A program made the translations under genes and the position numbers. Shown in pieces: positions 26,501 to 32,000 of a stretch of 32,000 bases of DNA. The notes under the pieces are model-generated. The model did not search any database, was not told the DNA's origin, and saw nothing but the letters and a program-made list of their open reading frames with translations. Origin of the DNA: an uncultured bacterium (GTDB lineage: Bacteria > Margulisbacteria > WOR-1 > CAVSGV01); contig OY969425.1 in assembly GCA_963699255.1 (NCBI GenBank), positions 450,001 through 482,000 of the forward strand, given 5' to 3'. The number at the start of each line of letters is the position of its first letter. The stretch's first letter is position 1.

Positions 26501-26720
26501 CGGTGTTATCTTTGACCAGTTAGCGGGCAATGAAACCATCAGAATATACACTATCTCAGGGGAACTTGTGAGATCGCAAAATGTTTCAGGGGCTTCATGG
26601 ACATGGAATATCAAGAACGACAGCGGCCAATTATGCGCGAGAGGGATCTACCCGTTCATCATTTCAAATCCCGACGGCGATAAGCGCACAGGGAAAATCG
26701 CGATTATCAATAAAGGATAA
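23526..26720 (+). CDS. secreted right-handed parallel beta-helix repeat protein with Ig/CARDB-like domains and a T9SS/FlgD-Ig-like C-terminal sorting domain
   Basis: Signal peptide MAKRMVLFILIIISISITCFA. Reiterated NNYIG(I/V/T)(S/D)xxG(D/T) beta-helix turns. Ig-like block ISLILPNGGEAL...YSWFVPHI. The C-terminal ~85 aa read VRVYPSPYKIG...IRIYTISGELVRS...GIYPFII...GKIAIINKG. GGAG lies upstream of the ATG. Confidence 0.85.
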   Translation: MAKRMVLFILIIISISITCFAETRTVTNTADSGAGSLRSALSAAVSGDTVEFNIPTTDPGYTTESGASWWRIKNQSSSYLGVNGGVSVLGSSQTSNQGDTNTFGPEIELTTTATNTCWYGFSFNADHVTIEGFTITNFPRQGISINGNYSHIYNNYIGISPKGDRADPNRQGIGLSCAYNRINNNVISGNNWDGIYMYGTSSNEIVGNYIGVDHLGTAKIGNAIGINIDICTVPTINNTIESNIISGNGDGIWADGNHSDLYVNNNVILNNYIGTDKNGTLELGNNNTGISFYHGPNHNLIKGNVVSDNGSYGIRFYDRINYNQIVSNYIGTDKFGTGNLGNSYHGIYIGDPGWIINPSSYNTIGGSGVGNTIAFNGKAAPGCNGICIDGTNNDAFNKISSNSIFSNSGLGIALNNSANQNINYPSIVSAEYSELTDQTTVCGTASINNIIEIFKAEPDPSGSGEGKVFLGSTTAESNGSWSIAVSGLTPSDEVTSTATDNMGNTSVFSQNKPVVTAVFTYRPDLAIATLESGSDYIGENISDPSGEGQTMVQYSYANQKNIFYVLLNNSGALTDDLIVTGESGASGWDVKYFDGKSSSTEITSQVTSGGWSSGDLASGVSREIRVEIVPSGSGISTEDVMITLTSSNDTQRKDVVKAVSVVVNTAPAISLILPNGGEALSGGNNYNIIWSCTDPNGFTSEPISIYYSTNEGASYLNVITSEYANSGSYSWFVPHIKATNVRIKIVAENLLGNIASDESDASFTISPCKPYVNPVTSPTNIIHHTITGTMSAYTLAVKVNGSTSGVETWLSSCTWEYNASLSSGVNDFSFQAVDIASNESDPLNLSILLQGLSFSSPGTGTSTMIPIGASTIEPTISATVFASSANDLPGPPPSGVLLFGNAIDFISNVSSFSLPIYITMPLSGGVANPIPYYWDNGTSSWKNSGLSVTSKTNSSITFTTNHLSIYAIFGVTGLLSGVRVYPSPYKIGDPPNGVIFDQLAGNETIRIYTISGELVRSQNVSGASWTWNIKNDSGQLCARGIYPFIISNPDGDKRTGKIAIINKG

Positions 26721-26724
26721 TAGC

Positions 26725-27633
26725 ATGATTCAAAAAATGATTATTTATTCTTTGGTTTTTATGTTTACAACTATCCCAGTTCTGGCTGCAAGCGATTCCA
26801 CCGGAACTACCGCAGCAAACTATTTAAAAATATCCGGTGGTGTGCGTGCGGCAGGGATGGGGGATGCCTTTATTGCGGTATCTGACGATTCAAGTGCGAT
26901 ATATTGGAACCCGGCCGGTCTAGTGCAGAATGATGCAATTGAGCTTTGTTCAGCATATACCAAATGGTTTCAGGACATTTCTCTTACGAATATCAGCGCA
27001 TCAAAGCACCTGTGGGATAGTGATTATGCCGGCATGTCGCTCACGCTATTAAATATGGGCGAAATCGAAGAAACAACACTTGCGAACCCTGATGGGTCTG
27101 GCAGAAGTTTCTCACCTTCGGATATGATAGCTGTTACTTCTTACGCAAGAAAGTTATCACCTGTCTTCTCGATCGGCATAAATGTTAAGTACATCAGCGA
27201 TACGATAGACAAATCAAATGTTACTGGATACGCATTTGATCTGGGAACGCTATATTCCACTCCTTTTAAAGACCTGAATATGGGGCTGTCAATAAGGAAT
27301 ATTGGCGGTTTATCCGGAGTTGATTCTCCTTTGCCAGTCAATATTGGTTTAGGGTTGGCATATAAATTACTTAATAGAAAGAACCTCTTGCTGGCTTGCG
27401 ATGTAAATTTCCCGAATGACGATCAAATGTCCATTCACATTGGATGCGAATACAATATTGTCGAATGGTTCGCGTTGAGGATCGGATGCAATACAAGAAA
27501 GGACGATGGTTCAGGCGGAAATCTAGGCGTCGGATTGGGCCTCATTTGGAATGGATTGGCTGTTGATTATGCCTATGCTCCTTATGGGGATCTTGGGGAA
27601 GCACATAGAGTATCGTTTGGAATTAGAATGTAA
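26725..27633 (+). CDS. PorV/PorQ-like outer-membrane beta-barrel protein
   Basis: The start is set at ATG 26725 (MIQKMIIYSLVFMFTTIPVLAAS, a signal peptide), not the track's 26581, which overlaps the upstream gene. The N-terminal signature is TTAANYLKISGGVRAAGMGDAFIAVSDDSSAIYWNPAGL. Alternating beta-strand-like segments run to the C-terminus. Confidence 0.68.
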   Translation: MIQKMIIYSLVFMFTTIPVLAASDSTGTTAANYLKISGGVRAAGMGDAFIAVSDDSSAIYWNPAGLVQNDAIELCSAYTKWFQDISLTNISASKHLWDSDYAGMSLTLLNMGEIEETTLANPDGSGRSFSPSDMIAVTSYARKLSPVFSIGINVKYISDTIDKSNVTGYAFDLGTLYSTPFKDLNMGLSIRNIGGLSGVDSPLPVNIGLGLAYKLLNRKNLLLACDVNFPNDDQMSIHIGCEYNIVEWFALRIGCNTRKDDGSGGNLGVGLGLIWNGLAVDYAYAPYGDLGEAHRVSFGIRM

Positions 27634-27724
27634 ATATCTAAACAAGGATAAAACGATGATAAAAGTAATGTCATACAAAATTAGCATGGTTTTTGAGGTA
27701 AAACTATTAGAAAGGATGTAAACT

Positions 27725-28480
27725 ATGTTTATTAAAAAAGCTTTAGTTTTATTAATTGTTATACTTATTCCTTCTGTCGTGTATGCCGCAGACATTTCCG
27801 CTGAGGGGCTGATAGCTAAATTGAAGGATACACGAGCTCTCATTCTTGACCTCCAGGCGGATACCAAAACAACAATTACTTCAAACATCTCAATTCCCGG
27901 AGCGCCGTCAAAAGGGCCACAGACGGTAACACAAATTGGCCATATCTGGCAGAAGGGCAGTGACAAGTCGAAGGTTGAGATAACAAGTCCAATGAAGCAG
28001 ATCACTATCACCAAGGGTTCGATCATGACGATGATCAGCCCGGATACGGGACAAAAAGTGACGCAAGATTTGAGCAAGGGGTTAGGGGCTGGGGGACAGG
28101 GGATGGATGCTACCAAGGCGTTGGATTATTTTAATTTGACGGTAAGCACTAACGAGGCTGGAACTGGGGAAGCAAAAGTGTATGTGATATCCGGCACGCC
28201 GAAAGAGGCGAATCAATTCCTTGGCAGGATGGATTTCTTCATTGATGCCGAAAAATATATTCCGATCCGCATCGCGATGTATACGCCGCAGGGTGCTCTT
28301 ATGTCGCTTTCGGAGATGGAGTATGAACCGATAGAAGTATCAACAGGCGAGACAGTATATGTGCCAAAGAGGATCAAGTCCGTTGTAACAATGCAGATGG
28401 GATCGATAAATACGGAAATGGAGTATGAGAATATTCAGGTGAATCAGGGGATCGAGGATGACGTGTTTGAAGCGCAATAG
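27725..28480 (+). CDS. LolA-like / outer-membrane lipoprotein-sorting-like periplasmic protein
   Basis: Signal peptide MFIKKALVLLIVILIPSVVYA. The pattern LIAKLKD...LDLQAD..., FFIDAEKYIPIRIAMYTPQGAL and the terminal NQGIEDDVFE is typical of LolA_like/DUF4367 proteins. This call comes from my recall of the family pattern. Confidence 0.55.
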   Translation: MFIKKALVLLIVILIPSVVYAADISAEGLIAKLKDTRALILDLQADTKTTITSNISIPGAPSKGPQTVTQIGHIWQKGSDKSKVEITSPMKQITITKGSIMTMISPDTGQKVTQDLSKGLGAGGQGMDATKALDYFNLTVSTNEAGTGEAKVYVISGTPKEANQFLGRMDFFIDAEKYIPIRIAMYTPQGALMSLSEMEYEPIEVSTGETVYVPKRIKSVVTMQMGSINTEMEYENIQVNQGIEDDVFEAQ

Positions 28481-28481
28481 C

Positions 28482-28553
28482 AATCAACGAATGACTCAAA
28501 AAATATATGAATGGAGGTAAATCTCTTACTATTCGTTGATTCGTTTGGATTCG
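28482..28553. repeat. perfect 11-bp inverted repeat AATCAACGAAT / ATTCGTTGATT (38-nt spacer) plus extra TTCG units
   Basis: 28482-28492 pairs with 28531-28541. ATTCG recurs at 28531, 28539 and 28549. The same 11-mer occurs at 23284-23294. The element starts 2 nt after the LolA-like stop. Confidence 0.8.
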
Positions 28554-28583
28554 ATGATAGCTGTAATTGAAGGAGGAAAAAGT

Positions 28584-29342
28584 ATGAAAAAGTTTCTATT
28601 GTCCCTCTGCTTCTGTTTGCTCCTTGTTCCGTCAGTTTATGCAGGCACCAATGAAGCATGGCTTCCCTGGACGCCTGTCCAAGCGTCGCTAATTTCCCCG
28701 ATAGCATTGCCCCCGATGACTGATAATGTATATGGAGCAAGAGGGAATCTTATATACGGCTGGAATAAAAGAGTGATCGGCTTTGATGCGGGAGTGATCC
28801 AGCATTCTGAAAGGACGACCGGGTTCCAGATGGGTATGCTTGCAAATATTTCAGGAACGATGGAAGGTATTGCTATGCCGTTTTCCGTGTTCCCCTGCAT
28901 AAATGTTTCGCGCGATTTCGCAGGCCTGCAATTGTCTTACATATGTAATTATTCCGATAATATTACTGGATTCCAGGGAATACCGATCTTCAATGTTGCA
29001 AAAAACGTGTCCGGAATTCAGATCGCTTTTATAGTCAATAACGCGCAAGACGTGTGTTTCTGGCAATCTGCGTTTCTTGCTAATATTTCCGAGAACTTAT
29101 CCGGATATCAGGGGGGCTTCTCGAATACCGTGAATAATGAAATGATCGGATGGCAATCCGGACTTGCGATCAATAACGCGAAGAAAATGAGCGGTTTGCA
29201 GAACTCGTGGCTTCTTAACAGGGCAAAAGAACTTCACGGCATCCAGTTCGGCGCGATAAATTACACTGAGGAGATCAATGGAATTCAAATCGGTTTGATA
29301 AATATTAATAAGAACAGGATATTGCCGTTTATTAATTTTTAA
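28584..29342 (+). CDS. exported repeat protein (about 11 x 15-residue G-x-Q...N units, C-terminal ...LPFINF)
   Basis: AGGAGG (28571-28576) lies 7 nt upstream of ATG 28584. Signal peptide MKKFLLSLCFCLLLVPSVYA. Nine units are exactly 15 aa, e.g. GFQGIPIFNVAKNVS, GIQIAFIVNNAQDVC and GWQSGLAINNAKKMS. It resembles the Leptospira-type surface repeat lipoproteins that I recall only vaguely. Confidence 0.7.
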   Translation: MKKFLLSLCFCLLLVPSVYAGTNEAWLPWTPVQASLISPIALPPMTDNVYGARGNLIYGWNKRVIGFDAGVIQHSERTTGFQMGMLANISGTMEGIAMPFSVFPCINVSRDFAGLQLSYICNYSDNITGFQGIPIFNVAKNVSGIQIAFIVNNAQDVCFWQSAFLANISENLSGYQGGFSNTVNNEMIGWQSGLAINNAKKMSGLQNSWLLNRAKELHGIQFGAINYTEEINGIQIGLININKNRILPFINF

Positions 29343-29374
29343 GATCAAAAATGTCCGTAATAAAAGGTAATAAT

Positions 29375-30556
29375 ATGAAAAGATTGATTTTCACAGTGTT
29401 AACGATATTAATGGTTTCCAGCGCCATATGGCTTTTATCCGGTTGCGGATCTAATCCGACGGGAGGGGGAGGCGGAGGAAGGAGTGTTCCCAATAGTGGG
29501 TTGCCATTAGTATATGTCTCTACCACTGGAAGTGATGAAACTGGCACTGGGACGTCAGAGTTGCCTTATAAAACAATTCAAAAGGGCCTTATGAAAGTTG
29601 CTTCAGGAGGCTTGGTAAGTGTAGAGGCTGGGATATACACTGAAAATATTACATGGTGTGCCAATGCAAATGTTACCCTTAGAGGAGCATCTTATGAAAC
29701 AACAAGCATCGATGGTAACTTTTCAGGAATGTGTGTGAATATCTACAACACGTCAAATGTTAAAACAGCGACTATAGAGAGTTTTACTATCATGAAAGGA
29801 CATGCAGTTAATAAAGGAGGTGGAATATGCCTACATGGGAATGCGATGACATTATATCTAAATAATTGCATTATTAAGGATTGCTCAGCAGAAGGCTATC
29901 CCAATGGAGGGGGAATTGCTATTTTTGATTGGCCAACTCTTTTAGAAGCAACAAATTGCAAAATAATAAATAATAATAGTGATCTCTATTACGGAGTAGG
30001 TGGGATATTGTGCGAGGGCATTCTAAATCTATCAAAGTGTGAGGTTTCTGGCAACACAGGAGGGTTCGGTGGGGGTGTTGTATGTTTATATAATGGCAAA
30101 ATATCAAATTGTTTGATAACCAATAATATCGCGGGTGGGATATCTCTTTTCGATTATTATGGGATGAGTGTCGATGTTGTTAATTGTACAATTGCATCAA
30201 ATGAATCACAAGGTAGTTATACTCCAGGAAGAGGTGTTTATTCTTATTATAGTTTAAGTAAAATAATTAATTGTATAATTTGGGGTAATGTATCTCAAAT
30301 TAGCGTCGCGACTGATAATTATGGTGATCCATATGGAACATTAACAGTTAATAATTGTGATGTCCAAGGTGGCTATACAGGCGTTGGCAATGTTGATGCA
30401 GATCCCTGTTTTTCATCAGGTTCCGATTTTCATTTAACAAGCAGTTCCCCTGCAATTGCAACGCAGGGTGGCACACAAGAGGGTTGCCCAGCTTGTGACT
30501 ATGATGGGCATACAAGAACATATCCATATTCGATGGGAGCATATGAATATGATTAA
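29375..30556 (+). CDS. beta-helix lipoprotein with a choice-of-anchor-Q-like C-terminus
   Basis: Lipobox at MKRLIFTVLTILMVSSAIWLLSGC. VYVSTTGSDETGTGTSELPYKTIQKGL (DUF1565-like start of a pectate-lyase fold). GGGI-type turns. C-terminus: IIWGN...NVDADPCFSSGSDFHLTSSSPAI...DYDGHTR...MGAYEYD. Confidence 0.78.
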   Translation: MKRLIFTVLTILMVSSAIWLLSGCGSNPTGGGGGGRSVPNSGLPLVYVSTTGSDETGTGTSELPYKTIQKGLMKVASGGLVSVEAGIYTENITWCANANVTLRGASYETTSIDGNFSGMCVNIYNTSNVKTATIESFTIMKGHAVNKGGGICLHGNAMTLYLNNCIIKDCSAEGYPNGGGIAIFDWPTLLEATNCKIINNNSDLYYGVGGILCEGILNLSKCEVSGNTGGFGGGVVCLYNGKISNCLITNNIAGGISLFDYYGMSVDVVNCTIASNESQGSYTPGRGVYSYYSLSKIINCIIWGNVSQISVATDNYGDPYGTLTVNNCDVQGGYTGVGNVDADPCFSSGSDFHLTSSSPAIATQGGTQEGCPACDYDGHTRTYPYSMGAYEYD

Positions 30557-30601
30557 CGTTTCTTCATATTTTCGATTATATTATGAAAGGAAGTATTCTA
30601 A

Positions 30602-31093
30602 ATGAATAAACTGATCCGATCGATCACCCCGGTTGTGCTAGTCTTGTTTGTTTCCGTCTTTGTTTGTCCATGCTGGGCAAAAGAAGGAGATATAACGGCA
30701 AAGGTTGAGATGCAAGGCGGAGTTGATCAAGGCACAATATTTGTAATGAAAGCGAGCTTATTCCGAGAAGATGCTTCGGGTATGAAGAATCCAATCTTAG
30801 AAAACAACGCCATTAGGATTGAGGTTCCTGATGGATTCAATGTTCGAAGCGAAACAATTTCAACCACCAACGAAGGACAACACATATATCAGATAGTTGC
30901 CCCAATAAATGAAAAAGAGTATCCCATCACATTAATATTCGACAATCAAAAAGAAGCCCCTTTGAGATTCGGCTATAAGATCAAAGTTGTTAATCCAGGA
31001 TCATACTATATGCAATTAGCGATAGGTTTTGGAGTGGTAATATTACTGTTGATCGGCTTAAAAGTGTTTTGCGATTCTTTTATAATAAAATGA
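30602..31093 (+). CDS. hypothetical exported protein with a C-terminal TM anchor
   Basis: 163 aa. N-terminal hydrophobic signal (VVLVLFVSVFVCPCWA), a beta-rich middle, and a C-terminal helix (LAIGFGVVILLLIGLKVF). GAAAGGAAG lies upstream. The stop overlaps the next ATG. Confidence 0.6.
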   Translation: MNKLIRSITPVVLVLFVSVFVCPCWAKEGDITAKVEMQGGVDQGTIFVMKASLFREDASGMKNPILENNAIRIEVPDGFNVRSETISTTNEGQHIYQIVAPINEKEYPITLIFDNQKEAPLRFGYKIKVVNPGSYYMQLAIGFGVVILLLIGLKVFCDSFIIK

Positions 31094-32000
31094 AAACAAA
31101 ATTAACTTTATTATTAATGATGTTTATGCTGCTGTTTTTAAGCAAAGCATTTTTTAGTTGTTATGGCGTAGAATCAGTAATCAAACCCTCACCCAATTAT
31201 TTAGTAATTTTGGTTCACGGTATAGCTGAAACCAGCGATATATTTGATGATGATGGTAGCGGTCATCTAAAACCTTATCTAGAAGATTCCCTAAGTCTTC
31301 CAGGCTATGTCTATGCTTACGATTTTAATGATAACAAAGGATCAAATGTTGTCGCCGCAGATGAACTAGGCAATCAGTTTATCCCTCGGGCATTAAATGA
31401 TTTTAAAGCATGGTATGCCAGTAAAAACCACATAGCAGTTAATGATATCCCGCAAAATGTTATCCCTCAAAAAGTCGTTTTAATAGCCAAGAGTGAGGGC
31501 GGCCTAGCTTCCAGAGTGTACCTGACTTCCAATTATTATCATGATAATGTAAGAAAGCTCATCACATTGGATACCCCTCATCTAGGCTCAGATGCGGTAA
31601 CTTACAAAAAGCTACTATATACACCGGAGAATGTTGCCATGACTATGGCATATGCTGGTGTTGGCTTGGGATACATAATATTGCAAATGCAGGCACATAC
31701 AGCTTCCTTTGCGGATATATATTTTGATGGCGCGATATTTGCAGGGATTGTATCGCCAACAGAGCAGTTCATTTTAAAAGATTTTGTTGCAAAATGGGGC
31801 GATCCTGCCCTAGATGAGATGGACCCGGAAGGGGATTTTATTAAGCATTTGAAAGGTGCTGAAGTCCTCCCAAATAAATCGCCGATTGAATACCGATTGG
31901 TTTCTGCGCATGGCTTTCCATCTCCGGATATAGAAGGGATTAAAAGCTTTTATTTGCTTAAAGGAATTCCTCTAATTAATGCCATTGCAACCCCTTTTGA
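31090..32000 (+). CDS. alpha/beta hydrolase, PGAP1/lipase-like (5' part; runs off the window)
   Basis: Absent from the track because it is open-ended. Manual translation from ATG 31090 gives MKTKLTLLLMMFMLLFLSKAFFSCYG...NYLVILVHGI...VVLIAKSEGGLASRVYL...LITLDTPHLGSD..., with no stop to 32000. The nucleophile elbow is A-K-S-E-G. Confidence 0.72.
   Translation, partial: MKTKLTLLLMMFMLLFLSKAFFSCYGVESVIKPSPNYLVILVHGIAETSDIFDDDGSGHLKPYLEDSLSLPGYVYAYDFNDNKGSNVVAADELGNQFIPRALNDFKAWYASKNHIAVNDIPQNVIPQKVVLIAKSEGGLASRVYLTSNYYHDNVRKLITLDTPHLGSDAVTYKKLLYTPENVAMTMAYAGVGLGYIILQMQAHTASFADIYFDGAIFAGIVSPTEQFILKDFVAKWGDPALDEMDPEGDFIKHLKGAEVLPNKSPIEYRLVSAHGFPSPDIEGIKSFYLLKGIPLINAIATPF

Noticed and set aside
26581-26724. 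The 48-codon 5' extension of the PorV-like ORF, which overlaps the end of the beta-helix gene.
   Set aside because: The extension overlaps 140 nt of the well-supported CTD-coding region in another frame. ATG 26725 gives a canonical signal peptide and has AAGGA upstream.
28507-28539. A 10-codon mini-ORF (MNGGKSLTIR) inside the spacer of the 28482-28541 dyad.
   Set aside because: It is too short to support, has no convincing ribosome-binding site of its own, and runs into the repeat arm. It could matter only if the hairpin proved to be an attenuator, for which I have no evidence.

Overview
The window looks like a chromosomal segment from an uncultivated diderm bacterium, and I cannot place it taxonomically from sequence alone. 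I see no rRNA, tRNA, CRISPR array, transposase or integrase.

Layout:
- 1-17 kb is mostly housekeeping. On the minus strand: gtrA-like, rfbG, rfbF and thrC. Then an ORFan membrane protein, hisS-aspS, a LOG-family gene converging on aspS, an FGE/SUMF1-domain protein, a very divergent long RelA/SpoT homologue, purA, queC, an Amj-like flippase, an Avd-like four-helix-bundle gene and ribF.
- 17-23 kb holds two paralogous 7TM-GAF histidine kinases with no response regulator in the window. They flank a frameshifted thioester-reductase-like SDR gene.
- 23.5-32 kb is visibly more AT-rich. It carries seven consecutive same-strand genes that all encode exported proteins: a beta-helix protein with a T9SS/FlgD-Ig-like C-terminal domain, a PorV-like barrel, a LolA-like protein, a 15-residue-repeat protein, a beta-helix lipoprotein, a small anchored protein and a lipase-like hydrolase.

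Most unusual observations:
1. Locus-specific, short-period (7-10 nt), low-complexity repeat arrays sit in intergenic spacers. They usually start at or just after a stop codon and occur as inverted pairs. One pair brackets the Avd-like gene, one forms a 130-nt purine/pyrimidine palindrome, and others share 10-11-mers across 5 kb.
2. Operon-first genes (purA, LOG, thrC, hisS, probably HK2) have sigma70-like -10 boxes only 6-8 nt from the ATG, which implies leaderless mRNAs.
3. The exported cargo, PorV-like and LolA-like cluster.
4. The long RSH has a degenerate HD motif and altered synthetase motifs, and sits next to LOG and purA.

All product calls come from motif recognition by eye. No database search was run.
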